Below are positions 1 through 34,339 of a stretch of 64,000 nt of DNA, in pieces. The stretch's first letter is position 1. Each line of letters begins with the position of its first letter. The notes beneath the pieces are model-generated. The model had not been told where the DNA came from, did not search any database, and worked only from the letters and a program-made list of their open reading frames with translations. The position numbers were made by a program, and so were the translations under genes. This DNA comes from the human T2T-CHM13v2.0 reference genome, Homo sapiens, in assembly GCF_009914755.1 (NCBI RefSeq), contig NC_060926.1; one strand, written 5' to 3'.

Positions 1-380
1 GAACTCGCCAGCCCCAGCTTTCAGTGGAGAAAGCGGTCCTCTGAAATGGTTTCCTCCCAACCCCCGCATTTAAAGGGACTCAAGGTGCCTGCCACTTCCT
101 CAGCGAAGAAGTCTGTGTTCCTCCCCGTCCTTGCCAGTGGCGATCATCCCTTCACAATCCCAGAGTGGCAGGCGGGACCGGCCCCATGGTCTGGCTCCTG
201 TCACCTGGGTCCGTGCCAGCACAATCTGCCAAAGTTCTAGAGACCCTGTTCCCTTCCCCATCACCTCACATGCTTCTTCTGTGTGTATTTCTTTTTGTTT
301 TTATGGTTTTTGGAGCAATTTAAACTCCCAGTTGTTTATTTTCACAAAAGAAAATAAAATTGCAGTTGCAAGACCTTTTC
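1..380 (+). other. TCF7L1: 3' UTR end of upstream gene, probably TCF7L1
   Basis: AATAAA at 353-358 followed by a GT/T-rich downstream element (~382-430). Gene identity comes only from recalled gene order next to TGOLN2; no coding sequence is visible. Confidence 0.6.
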
Positions 381-813
381 TGAGTGTTTCTTTAGTGCTT
401 TTGTTGAATCAAACCACCTGTTTGTTTCACTCCCAAACCCTGTGTTAGACTTTCGCAGATATGCAAAGGAAGATTGCCACTTGCCACAGGGGAATGTTAG
501 GCATGCCTGACACCCTTAGAAAACCTGAACCCAGCTTCCTGTCTCAAATGTGCATGGGCCAGTCAGTGTCCATGACTGAGCTGCAAAGGGGGTAATCATT
601 TTCACAGCTGATTTAAATGAATTTGCCGCCTGGAATGACATTCAGCTTATGCTTCTATCACCCATTTGACTCGTAATTGCCAAGATGTGAGGAAGCATCT
701 TTTGGATACTTTCCATAGTATCTAGCACCACAATTAATTTTTTGTAACAGCTTTATGGAGATATACTTCAGCCATTTAAAGTTACACTTCACCCATTTAA
801 AGTATACAGTTCA

Positions 814-1431
<618 letters not shown>

Positions 1432-1615
1432 TCATTGGCTGTATGTTCAGAGTTGTGCACCTATCACCAGTCAATTTTAGAAAGTTTTTGTCAGTCCCAA
1501 AGGAAGCCCCATATCCTTTGAAAATCACTCCACATTTTGCCCATCTCCCCCAGCCCTAGGCAACCACTAATCTACTTTCTGTCTCCAAACTTGTCTATTC
1601 TAGACATTTCATATA

Positions 1616-3756
<2,141 letters not shown>

Positions 3757-3958
3757 CTACTTCCTGCCTCTCTCTCTGTGACCCTGACCTCCCTTCTCCC
3801 CTGTCCCAGGACCTCTGGGAACTGACACTGTCCTGGCCAGGCCCCAGCATCTCACCCAGGCAGCCCAGCTAGAGCCATCTGTCCCTCTTGCCCTCCATCT
3901 GTGTTCCTGTGTCTCTTCCTCCTGAACACAACCTGAGGGCCTCACAAATATTTAGTTA

Positions 3959-4262
<304 letters not shown>

Positions 4263-5062
4263 TTTTTAAAAAATGGAAAAAGCAGAGGAGCCAGGGACCC
4301 GGCATCCCTCTGGCACGGGAATGGGAAGACAGCAGAAGAATCTGTGGGGGCAGTTTCCGGAACACCGGTCTCAGGTCATCTGCTGAGGAGTGGGGAAGCC
4401 CAGCTGTTTAGGTCTGGGGAACATCAGGTGCCCCACAGTGGCTGTGGCCTCTGCCATAGTGTAGTTCTTCCCTCCTCCCTCCAGCTGAGTCCTGAGATGC
4501 CAAGTACCAGTCAGGCTGCCTGCCTTTGCTCACATGCATTGGCATCCCTCTGGAGGCCTTGTGTTCTGATGTCACACTAAGAATCATGCATGTTCACTCA
4601 CTCCGTGACTGCATAAAAGTTCATCCTGAAATCAGGCTGGTAATGAGCTGCTGTTCATGTGTGGTCTTCATGGGGGGAACCCAGTCATGTGCTCCACACT
4701 TCAAGACACGAAGGGGAAGATGGGAGGCAGTAAGCTTGACCTTCCTGCAGGTGCTGAGCCAGCTCATGGGGGCTGAGGACCAGGGCTGGGCTTTACCTGC
4801 CTCTGAAGGGGCTTGGAGCAGAGGCAGGGGAGGTGGAAGAATAGGAACCTGGGGCAGTGTCCTTCCCAGGCAGGAGGACACAGAAGAGCAGGCCCCTGCC
4901 AACATCAAGTTGAAACAGCTGTAAAAGTGGCCTGGGCACAAAGCTGGCAACTGAAGATAAGGCTCAGGACACAGCGAGCGGTCACCCTGAGGCTCTCCTG
5001 GGAGCAGGGAGTGGCTGTCTCCGGCCATGGTCCACAAAGGCACCAACCACTCCCCTTTGCAG

Positions 5063-12726
<7,664 letters not shown>

Positions 12727-12732
12727 TTAGGA
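12727..12732 (-). CDS. TGOLN2: TGOLN2 last coding exon of TGN46 isoform (Ser-stop); alternative acceptors give 12696-12749 (TGN48-type) and 12734-12790 (TGN51-type frame)
   Basis: ctaag|TCC TAA. Coding total 46+1178+84+6 nt = 437 aa, the known TGN46 length. Confidence 0.85.
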   Translation of the reverse strand, partial: S

Positions 12733-12941
12733 CTTAGGGGAAAAAAGATCTTTTAGGAGGTGCAGGGAAAACATTCAGAATTAAGACATACTGACCCACC
12801 ACCACAGAAACAGCAATTAATTAAAATAGCACACAAAATGATTTTTAAAGTTTGAAATGAAACCTAACACTAGAAAGATATACACTTGATGGAGAGAGAG
12901 GAATCCTGGCTTCTGCTTCATACTGTTCTGTACTGTTGTGA

Positions 12942-13657
<716 letters not shown>

Positions 13658-14059
13658 CTAGTTAGCAAAGATATTCTGAGCTCAGTGGCTCGTTCTGTAG
13701 CTAATATTGAGTTGTGCAAGAGAATCGTGTTCCCTGCAGGAAGTCTGGGAACAATTCATAGTTGGGCCACCAATGGTTCTTTGCCAATGTCCTGGCTGTT
13801 GCTATGCTGAAAGCAGAAGGAAGGGTGCATGCTGGTAGCAACGCAGTGAGAGTACAGTCTTCCTGCTTAGACAGGTTGTCTTTAGAGAGACCCTTGCTTA
13901 GCTCTGCTGCCATGGGGTGGAAGGAGGGCTTATCTGTCTGACAGAGGAATGGATTGGCTGTACTCAGGAACTCCAGCCTACGGTGCTTAAGCCAGGCTGA
14001 TGTGGGGAGTTGGAGGCCTATGTGCTTCCAGGCTCGTGTTTCCAGGGAGCACAGTCTAG

Positions 14060-14533
<474 letters not shown>

Positions 14534-14905
14534 CAGAATGCAGAAAGCTCAGGACTGGGAGACTAGGGAGTTGCTATCAGGTCCTGAGTTTGCCACTAAC
14601 TTGCAGTAGAAACTTAGCGGAAAAAAAAAAAAAAGAGTGTTTCTGCGTGGGCCTATTTCCTCATCTGTGAAGGGAGGTAGCTGCTGTAGAGTATTCCAAG
14701 GTCTCTGCTAGCTCTAACGTCACAGATATGTGTATCTAGATGTTTCTAGTTTGTTGTCTAAAAAGGGCGAATGCAACAGCAACAGCAACCGCATCCCCAG
14801 AATCAGCCACTGCTGCTTCATGGCAAATGCAAGCCCACTACTGGGTCCATCTGACGTTGCCTATCCCTCCTATCCCTCCCATGGACCTGGCTCCTCCTTC
14901 CTTAC

Positions 14906-14989
14906 CTTCTGGTCCAAACGTTGGTAGTCACTGGCCTTTGGCCGCCGGGTGACTTTAGATCTTTTTCCTTCCAGGACAAAAGCAATGAT
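14906..14989 (-). CDS. TGOLN2: TGOLN2 exon 3 (cytoplasmic tail [28 protein letters not shown])
   Basis: AG/GT boundaries; contains the SDYQRL TGN-retrieval (YXXphi) motif. Confidence 0.96.
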
Positions 14990-15462
14990 CTGAGGAAAGG
15001 AAAAAGAAAATGATTAACAGGTGGCTCTGTAATGACATAGTTCAGTCTCTGAACTCAGAGGCAGTCACCTGGTAGCATATTTGTTAATGACCCTGACTGT
15101 AGAAAGAGCAGTACACTCACAGAGGTCTATTTAAACTATAACCATTTTAAGAAAGACAGAGCCTAATTACATCAGAATCCTTTGTATTGCTTAATAGGAA
15201 ATAACAAATAGAAGGCTGTCTGAGCTCTAGCGTGTGGGAGGAAGTCTGTTTGATTTATTCAAAGGTACACAGTCAAAGATCTATCAACTCCTTCCTAGAG
15301 ATATCTAGGATATAGGACATTCCTTTAAAAAAAGTCATAATCAGAATTTCCTATCTACAAATGTACTTTTTCACCCCACGATGCTACATCAACTACATTC
15401 TTTATCAATCTCATTTCATGACTAAGGTTACCCTGCATAATGGACACTTGGACATAGAATAA

Positions 15463-15768
<306 letters not shown>

Positions 15769-16498
15769 AGGAATGCACATTTTTACTAAAGGTCTTCCCC
15801 TTTATTCTTTATAGCCATAGGCCTTATGGCCAGAATTGGACTCTCCAATTTTAAGCAGGTTACAGAAACTAGCTTCTAAATGTTGGGGGCTCAATATGAA
15901 ATGCAATCATTTTGTCATTAGAGTGGTTGCTAATAAACAGACCAAACCCTGATGAAAAAGTAACAGGTGTACGTGTCTGTGCAATTTCTGGGCTTTCTTC
16001 TAATTATTATTAATTGCAGAAGTCCCTGGGCTCTTTGGTCCTGGTATCGAAGACGCAGTAATTGAAACCATTCTTTGTGCCACTGCTGATGGAAGAGAGA
16101 ATGTTGGGAAAGGAAGCTAGAAATGACATATCGTCTCAAGAAGGGAAATAGGATGGAAGGTACGTGCTTTAACTGTCAAGTACTCAGGTCCTCTGAGGCT
16201 GTGAAGGACCTAAGTGCAAAGTTATGGGAGGAGATTCCAAGTCAGGTCAGATCCTAATAATGTCCTAACTTGGCTCCTAATGCAGTAGCAGAGGACACTC
16301 AGAGTAAACAGGTGACAGGATGAAAACACGATTAACAAAACAAGAGTAAAGAGGCCTAATAGGGCCTGAGGAAAAAACTGAAGTTTGTTTTAAAGTCCCC
16401 AGTGCTCACGGGCATCTAGTGACGGGATACCCACCCACACCCAAGCTTCCAGGGTGCTGGAAACCCCACTCCCCTCCGGAAGGCCGCTGTCGACTTAC

Positions 16499-17676
16499 CT
16501 TCCGCTTGTTGTGATGAGCGATATAGAGGACAGCCACAAGAATGGCTGCAGTCACCAGATATGCAAAGAAGTGGCTGCTCTCCGCGCTGCCATTTCCAGA
16601 ACCGTTCGGATAAAGGTCATCCTTCTCGCTACCCGTGGAATCCGAAAGTGTCCCTTCACGGTTCTCACTGGAGGCAGAACCGGACATCTTTTCTTTCTCT
16701 TCTTTGGGCGGTGAGCCCTCCTCGGGTCCTGTATCATCATCTTCAGCCTCTTTGGGCTCCACATCCTCAGTAGGCTCTGAAGACTTAACTTCCTCCTGCG
16801 GGGGAGAAATGAGGTCAGTTTCCTCCCCAGATTCGGTTTTGAAAGCATGAGGAGAAAGCTTCCCTTTGTCAGCAAGCTGGTTTGTGTCAGCCTTGGGGAG
16901 CTCCTTGTTATCAGAAGGGTTGGAGATGGGCTTGGAATGGTCTTTCCGGGAAGGCTGCTCTGGAACCACCTTGTTAGGGCTGTCTTTTGAGGTCTGCTCC
17001 TCCGCACCCGACTTGCTGGGCCCGTCTATTGGGCCCTGCTCCTCTGCACCGGACTTGTTAGAGCCGTCTTTTGGAGTCTGCTTCTCCGCACCCGACTTGT
17101 TAGGGACGTCTTTTGGGGTCTGATCCTCCGCACCCGACTTGCTGGAGCCGTCTTTTGGGGTCTGGCCGTCCGCACCCGACTTATTAGGGACATCTTTTGT
17201 GGTCTGCGCCTCCGAACCTGACTTGCTAGGGCTGTCTTTTTGGGTCTTTGCCTCCGCACCCGACCTGTTGGGGCTGTCTTCTGGGGTCTGCGCCTCCGCA
17301 CCCGATTTGCCAGTGCTGTCTTTTGGAGTCTGCAGCTCCGGATGCGACTTACTAGTGCTGTCTTTTGTGGTCTGCGCCTCCGAACCCGACTTGCTAGTGC
17401 TGCCTTTTTGGGTCTTTGCCTCCGCACCCGACTTGTTGGAGCTGTCTTTTTGGGTCTTTGCCTCCGCACCCGACTTGTTGGGGGTGTCTTCTGGGGTCTG
17501 CGCCTCCGCACTCGACTTGCTAGGGCTGTCTTTTGGAGTCTGCGGCTCCGGATGCGACTTGGTAGAGCCTCCAGGCCGTTGGCTCAAGCTGGGGTGGGTG
17601 GAGACGTTTCCTGCAGAAGGCCGTACTCCAGCTTCTTCTTGCTTGACGCTTTCGGTGGCCAAGAGCGGCACGGCTC
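16499..17676 (-). CDS. TGOLN2: TGOLN2 exon 2 (luminal repeats, acidic region, transmembrane helix)
   Basis: Within ORF 16406..17953; cag|GAGCC acceptor and AAG|gtaagt donor; TM segment [25 protein letters not shown]. Confidence 0.97.
16973..17560 (-). repeat. TGOLN2: Coding tandem repeat, 14 x 42 bp (14-aa units [14 protein letters not shown]-like)
   Basis: 14 units counted in the translation. Confidence 0.95.
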
Positions 17677-17699
17677 CTGAAATAGAAAAACGAGTTAGC

Positions 17700-18520
17700 A
17701 CCGGAGAAGGGCAGGCGGGAAGAAGGAACTCCTCAGAACTGGAAGAGATCGGGAGCAGCGGGGGAATGGGGATTGGGGGGTGGGGCGGGAGACGATGGCG
17801 AGCGGAGAGGTGGGTCGGGTAGGGAAGAAGCGAGCCTAGAGGTGACCTGCCCAGGTGAGAATGGGGGATCTGGGGGCAAGAGTGGGATGCGGGATGGAGG
17901 GTCTTACCCGCCGCTGCGACGTTCAGGAGGACCAAGGCAACCACGAACCGCATCCTGCTCGGATAGCGCTTCCGCCCTCTAATGCTCTCGCGAGATCCGC
18001 GCGCGGGGCCCCTCTCCAGTCCCGCCCCTGCTGCGCGCGTCTCTCAGTCTCCCGCTGCCGCCAAGACGAAGGGCGGGATTTAGGGGGCAGCTGCTGATGT
18101 CGGCGCTCGCCTTCGGCTGCTTCGCTTACTGTCGCCGAGTGGGAGGCGAGCCTCTTCTTCCTGGTTTCTCGTCTCCACCACAGCCACAACAGTCTGGCCC
18201 CCCGTTTTTCGTCCCCTCCGCCTCGTACTTCCGAGACCTTACAGGCAGAGCTGGAGCTCCCTCGCCTCTCGCACTGGCCGCGGAAGTGAGGTCACTAGGG
18301 GCAGGCTCCTCTTGGCCACCACCATCGTGTGCTTGCGTTTCTATCCTCTGCTTTTTTCGTGGTTCCCTCCTGGCCGTACACAAACGTGCTGTGCTCTGGT
18401 CTCTCCCATGTGGGAATAAATCCATCCGATCACCTGCAAAGCGTTGCCTTCGCATCCTGGCCCTCCTCCTTCCCGACTCCACGGAGACGGTGTCCTTCCA
18501 GGTCGCCAAACATCTTTTCC
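17700..18520 (-). promoter_or_regulatory. TGOLN2 CpG-island promoter
   Basis: High CpG density; GC boxes (cccgcccc ~18021, gggcggg ~18071); ETS motif cggaagtg ~18281. Confidence 0.8.
17908..17953 (-). CDS. TGOLN2: TGOLN2 exon 1 coding part (signal peptide [15 protein letters not shown])
   Basis: ATG at 17953; donor G|gtaaga at 17907. Confidence 0.96.
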
Positions 18521-18989
18521 AAAAAGTGCATCCTTTTTCTGATACAGAAGCAGAAAACAAAGCCTGACTCCTACCCTTCCGGGATAATCACTATTAATGT
18601 TTTAGTGTATTGTCTGCCCTCTAAACATTTGATGTTTTTGAATAGATAATACATTATAATGTTTCAGAAATGAAAACCGGATTTTAAAGTAAACAGACTT
18701 TAGAAAAGTCTTCCTACTCCTCCACAGGTTACCGCTTACATTAGTTTATTATGTTTCCATTTAGTTTTGTTAAAAAAAAAAAAAAAGGACTCTTTCCCTT
18801 CTTAATTAGTGTATTTCTCTTTTCCTCTATGCATATTTATTTTCTCCCCATATTGGGATAATCAGGTAAGTGGTTTTGTATCTCACCGTTTACAGTTACT
18901 GTTATGTTTATACATTAAATGTTTGAAATCACTTTATCAACGATTGCCAGGCTTGGTGCTTTGGAGACAGTGATTTAAGAAATGATAGG

Positions 18990-23323
<4,334 letters not shown>

Positions 23324-23367
23324 TAAATATTACTCTGGTTGTAGCATGAAGAACTTCAGTGGGGAGG

Positions 23368-24906
23368 TATGTCTGGAATTGGTGGGTTCTTGGTCTCACT
23401 GACTTCAAGAATGAAGCCGCGGACCCTCGGGGTGAGTGTTACAGTTCTTAAAGGCGTGTCCAGAGTTTGTTCCTTCTGATGTTCGGATGTGTTGGGAGTT
23501 TCTTCCTTCTGGTGGGTTCATGGTCTCGCCGGCTCAGGAGCGAAGCTGCGGACTTTCGCGGTGAGTGTTACAGCTAGCTCTTAAGGCGGCGCATCTGGAG
23601 TTGTTCGTTGCTCCCGGTGGGTTCGTGTTCTCGCTGGCTTCAGGAGTGAAGCTGCAGACCTTCGCGGTAAGTGTTACAGCTCATAAAGGCAGTGTGGACC
23701 CAAAGAGTGAGCAGCAGCAAGATTTACTGCAAAGAGAGAAAGAACAAACCTTCCACCGCACAGAAGGGGACCTGAGTGGGTTGCCACTGCTGGCTGGGGC
23801 AGCCTGCTTTTATTCTCTTATCTGGCCCCGCCCGCATCCTGCTGATTGGTCCATTTTACAGAGAGCTGAGTGGTCTGTTTTGACAGGGTGCTGATTGGTG
23901 CGCTTACAATCCCTGAGCTAGACACAAAGGTTCTCCACCTGCCCACTAGATTAGTTAGATACAGAGTGTGGACCAAAGGTTCTGCAAGTCCCCACCAGAG
24001 TAGCTGTACACAGAGTGTCGATTGGTGCATTCACAAACCTTGAGCTAGACACAGGGTGCTGATTGGCGTGTTTACAAACCTTGAGCTAGATACAGAGTGC
24101 CTATTGGTGTATTTACAATCCCTTAGCTAGACATAAAAGTTCTCCAAGTCTCCACCAGAGTAGCTAGATACAGAGTGTGGATTGGTGCATTCACAAACCC
24201 TGAGCTACACACAGGGTGCTGATTGGTGTGTTTACAAACCTTGAGCTAGATACAGAGTGCCGATTGGTGTATTTACAATCCCTTAGCTAGACATAAAGGT
24301 TCTCCAAGTCCCCACCAGACTCAGGAGCCCAGCTGGCTTCACCCAGTGGATCCCGCACTAGGGCCGCAGGTGGAGCTGCCTGCCAGTCCCATGCCGTGCG
24401 CCCGCACTCCTCAGTCCTTGGGTGGTCGATGGGACTGGGCGCCGTGGAGCAGGGGGCGGTGCTCGTCGGGGAGGCTGGGGCCACACAGGAGCCCACGGAG
24501 GTGGGGGAGGCCCAGGCATGGCGGGCTGCAGGTCCCGAGCCCTGCCCTGCGGGAAGGCAGCTAAGGCCCAGCGAGAAATTGAGCACAGCAGCTGCTGGCG
24601 CAGGTGCTAAGCCCCTCACTGCCCGGCCGCTAGGAGTGCAGGGCCCGCCGAGCCCACGTCCACCCGGAACTCGCGCTGGCCCGCAAGCACCGCGCGCAGC
24701 CCCGGTTCCCCCCCGCGCCTCTCCCTCCACACCTCCCCGCAAGCTGAGGGAGCCAGCTCCAGCCTTGGCCAGCCCAGAAAGGGGCTCCCACAGTGCAGCG
24801 GCGGGCTGAAGGGCTCCTCAAGTGCCGCCAAAGTGGGAGCCCAGGCAGAGGAGGCACGGAGAGCGAGCGAGGGCTGTGAGGACTGCCAGCACGCTGTCAC
24901 CTCTCA
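23368..24906 (-). mobile_element. Solo LTR12 (LTR12C-like, HERV9)
   Basis: Minus strand starts TGAGAGGTGACAGCGTGCTGGCAGTCC and ends CCAATTCCAGACATA; tandem CCAAT-containing repeats at ~23840-24270; 4-bp TSD gagg at 23364-23367 and 24907-24910. Confidence 0.93.
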
Positions 24907-25459
24907 GAGGGAGGAGTGAATTTAAGAGTTAAGAGACTGATGCAATAGTCCAAGTAGGACTAGTATAGGGAAAGTGAGAATGGAGGGAAGTAATTGGACT
25001 CAAGATAAATGTGAAGGTAATACTAACAGGCCTTGAAGACGGACAGGGTGTGGGGGAAAAGGAGTGATGGTGAAGAAGGTGTGGCGGTGTCCTTTCCCTG
25101 AGGGAAGGAGCACTAATGGAGAAGCAAGTCTGATGGGGGTGGGGCATAGAAAATGAATTTGCTTATGGTTAATTGCTTCTGTGTACTGTGGACCATGAGA
25201 CAGCCAGGTGAAAATAATCTAGTTGGAAATGTAATCATGGAGTTCAAAGGTAAGTATAGGAACAATTTTTCTAACTAAATATTGTTCAAAACAGGATTGT
25301 TAATGGTTTCATAAAAAGTAATCTATTAGTTGATCATAATTGTGACAGTTCTCTTGCTATTGGACATCCGTATTATTTTTAGTTTTCTATTGTTAGTTAA
25401 CTATTGTTAAGTACTGGTTAGGTGCCTTTTAAGGTAAGACAAATGCTTAGAAAGATTAA

Positions 25460-27347
<1,888 letters not shown>

Positions 27348-27459
27348 TTATGTAAAATGTTTGCCTTGCAGGCCTTTAGTGCTATACCTAGTCAGGTCAC
27401 TTATCTTCTGGGACACTATCTCCTTGTTTTCCATTGTTTATTTTCTCCACATCCTTTGA

Positions 27460-27940
27460 GATCAACATACAGAAATCAACTATATTTCTATAACTTTGCA
27501 ATGGACAATCTGAAAATGAAATAAGAAATAATTGCATTTGTGAATAGTATAAAAAAATCCATAGAAATAAATTTAACCAAAGAATTGCAAAATTTGTGTT
27601 GTGAAAACTACAAAACGTTGAAAGAAATTAAAGAAGACCTAAAGAAATGGAAAGATAGCCTATATTCATGGATTGGAAGACAGAGTTTTGTTAACATGGC
27701 TATGCTCCCCAAATTGGTCTACACCCAGTCTCTATTAAACACAGTGTCTATTAAGATTCCAGCTGGCTTGGTGCAGAATCGACAAGCAGATTCCACAATA
27801 CATATGGAAATGCAAGAGGCATACAAAAGCAAAAACAGACGTGGAAAAGAACAAAGCTGAAGAATTCACACTTCCCAGTTTCAAAACTCACCAAAAAGCT
27901 GGAGTAATTAGGGCAGTGTGCTACTGGCAAAAAGACATAA
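27460..27940 (+). mobile_element. Old L1 ORF2 fragment
   Basis: ORF 27540..27860 translates to ENYKTLKEIKEDLKKWKD..SWIGR, typical of L1 ORF2p. Confidence 0.85.
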
Positions 27941-28441
27941 AGAGAAACATCTTTGTTAACTACCTCAAGAGGTCAGCTTCACAATTTAGCGCTGGACTGC
28001 TAGCTTCTCAGATAATCAGCCTTAAGGAGTTTCCCCTCTTCATTATAACTTTTCTTTCAATTTGGGGGAAAAAAAACTACATGTAAATAATGCAAAATAA
28101 TACAGAACAGTGTGAAGCAGAGTCAGGATTCCCATCTCTCCATCAAGTGTATTTCTTTCTAGTGTATGTTTGATTTCTAACTGACTTTAAAAATCATTTT
28201 GTGGGGCCAGGCATGATGGCTCACACTTGTAATCCCAGCATTTAGGGAGGTCTGCAGGTAGGAGGATTGCTTGAGCCCAGGAGTTTGAGATCAGCCTGGG
28301 AAACATAGCAAGACCCCATCTCTACACACACACGAGGTTTTGCCATGTTGGCCAGGCTGGCCTCGAACTCCTGACCTCAGATGATTGGCCGCCTCGGCCT
28401 CCCAAAATGCTGAGATTACAGGCATGAGCCACCACTCCTGC

Positions 28442-32100
<3,659 letters not shown>

Positions 32101-32103
32101 ATC

Positions 32104-32115
32104 AATAAATTTATT
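32104..32115. terminator. Palindromic poly(A) signal; minus-strand AATAAA is the likely RETSAT signal
   Basis: aataaatttatt about 1.1 kb downstream of the RETSAT stop. Confidence 0.7.
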
Positions 32116-33232
32116 AATGTTACATTAACACGAACTACAAAGAGACCTTTCGTATGTCTGATACCAAAGACATAACTGAAAAGTCATTTTTCCAAACCTT
32201 GAGCTTGCATTCACCTACCTGTCTAACCCTCACATGTGCTAATTAACTGCAAATGCCATTTCTGGGCTTCACACACATTCCGTGGCTTTCCCTTTTCTGA
32301 TGTGACTTCCCTCCCTTACCCCACACCTCCCTGCACTGTCCCCTGCTGTGCCCTTGGCTGGAATGCCCTGCAGCCTGCTTCAGCCCAGCAAAGTATTCAT
32401 CTTACCAGTCCATGCCCTGACTCCTGATGTCACCCTTCCCTGCATCACCCTTCCCTGTGTATTTGGTGGATAAGGCTTGATTGAGGCTCAGGTACTGAGT
32501 CCCTGCTGGCACATTGAGAACCAGCTGCCACCCCGATGATAAGGAAGACAGACCCGGGACTTCCATATGAATTGGATATGATCATCTGACATGCACCCTA
32601 CTAACTGATGGATCCTGCTGTTACCCCAAAGCTCCAGAACCACACTGGCCAGACACAGGCATTTCCTGTCCCCTGAAGAGCCACTGAACCCAGCACAAAA
32701 GAGATCTAGAGCTCTCCAAACCTATGGAATGGCAACCAAAACCACGCCCAGGTTTTGAGTTAAGCCTCATTAGTCTCCCTTTTCCCTTGACAGTGTAGAA
32801 CTGTGCAGCGTAGCACTAAATGAATGAGAGCAGAAGCCTCAGGACAGAACTGAACCCACCAGGTTGAGCTGACAACACTGCCAGGGGTTCTATCCACAGA
32901 TGGAATATTCGCTTTGATCACTGAGTTAGGAGGCATGGGTGAGGGATGCAGAGCGCCGCTCGTCATGAGACATCAAGCTATCCAAGTCAATATCCTATTA
33001 GTAGGGATGGCATGTTATAAAAGGCGTAAAGATCTCACCTGCCCCAGCTGGAAGCAGTGATTCCATTGCCCCAGATTCGGAATTGTGATTTAAACTAGGC
33101 CTCTCTTCAGGCATCAGAACCAAATTAGAGTGCTTTATACGTGCAAGGAACTAATGCAGAAAGACATTATGGGTAAGTCAAGGGAGATGCCCCAGCCATT
33201 GGGCAAATTCCTCTGACTCCTCCCTGATGGAA

Positions 33233-33372
33233 CTAATTCTTTTTCTTCTGTGCCCGGATCCTAGAATCAAGATTCTTAAGGTCTGAGTACAAGTTCCGCT
33301 TCAGGATGGCGCTGCTGCACAGCAGGGCACCTTGCAGGGCCCCGACCAGTCCACAGGTGAAGATATCCTGGC
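33233..33372 (-). CDS. RETSAT: RETSAT exon 11
   Basis: [22 protein letters not shown]. All exons sum to 1833 nt = 610 aa. Confidence 0.95.
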
Positions 33373-33629
33373 CTAGGAGGCAAGAGCAGAGGCCCCTGAG
33401 CGTGCACCCAGGCAGGCCCAGGGGAGGGTGGGGCCTTGGTGCTCTTCCCTCCACATGAGGGCCACCCAGAGCTGGCTCCAATCAGACAGGGGCCACAGCC
33501 TGCCCAGGCAGCCCTGCTCAGGGGATGGGAGGCTGCAGGGGACAGCAGGGCCTGAGGGCAGGAACAGAGGACGTTGGGCGACAGGGGCCCAGGGTCTCAG
33601 GTCCTGACAACATGGGGCAGTGAGTATAC

Positions 33630-33789
33630 CTGTCAGATAGAGGTTGGGGATGGGGCTCTGGGCCCTCAAGGAGGCCATCACACAAGGGTGCAGGCGGCCC
33701 AGGTCATGGTCAGCCCCGTAGCAGGCACCTCGGGGAGCAGCCAGATAGAACTGGTTGGTGAGTGGGGATCCTGCAGTCACACTCTCCAC
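33630..33789 (-). CDS. RETSAT: RETSAT exon 10
   Basis: [30 protein letters not shown]; AG/GT boundaries. Confidence 0.95.
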
Positions 33790-33989
33790 CTGAGGGCAGA
33801 AAGGGTGGGGCAGGCATGTGAGATCCTGGCTCCCCTCCCTCTTCCACTCTTTCCCATTCACTGACTGCAGGGATGGGTGCCCTGTCCTTCCCTGGGGCTC
33901 ATGTCTTGGGGCCTGATTCCCCTGTCTCAAGGAAAGGGCAGAAACAGCACCGTGAGGTTCGTCACCACCCCAAATACTTTACCCCCTAC

Positions 33990-34156
33990 CTTCCCCTCCA
34001 GCTGTGGGAACAGTTTCAGGACCACTGACATAGAGGCTTCCACAAAGGAGTTTTTGAAGGTCTCATAGTCACTGCCCCGCTTTCCCTTCAGCTCCGCCTG
34101 CCACTCCTCAAACCACTCGTAGGCAGTGGGTATGAGCATGATCATGGTGGACCGGC
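33990..34156 (-). CDS. RETSAT: RETSAT exon 9
   Basis: [23 protein letters not shown]; AG/GT boundaries. Confidence 0.95.
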
Positions 34157-34229
34157 CTGGGGATCAGAGCTGATATTACTACTGCCCGGCCTCTCCCTCC
34201 ACCCCCTCACCCGGGACGTGCAGCCCCAC

Positions 34230-34339
34230 CTGGGAATCGGTCCTCCCAGGTCGGATCTTTGGCTGATGGGAAAGCGAAGAAGAGAAGAGGGATGTGTTCC
34301 GCAGCCTCTTCCCTGGGCATGGAGACGTAGCGCTCCATC
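34230..34339 (-). CDS. RETSAT: RETSAT exon 8
   Basis: [36 protein letters not shown]; AG/GT boundaries. Confidence 0.95.

Noticed and set aside
16973-17560. Regular array resembling a CRISPR locus
   Set aside because: Contiguous coding repeat with no unique spacers and no cas genes; eukaryotic context.
17026-17822. Arg-rich alternative-frame ORF (17026..17511) and antisense ORFs (17139..17822, 17240..17680)
   Set aside because: Open frames follow from the stop-free 42-bp repeat; there is no independent gene structure.
18097-18649. ORFs on both strands upstream of TGOLN2
   Set aside because: Expected in a GC-rich promoter; no recognisable protein similarity.
23840-24300. Tandem ~40-bp repeats with gattggtg
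   Set aside because: Normal internal structure of the LTR12 U3 region.
24287-24900. GC-rich ORFs and CpG-island-like stretch
   Set aside because: Part of the LTR12.
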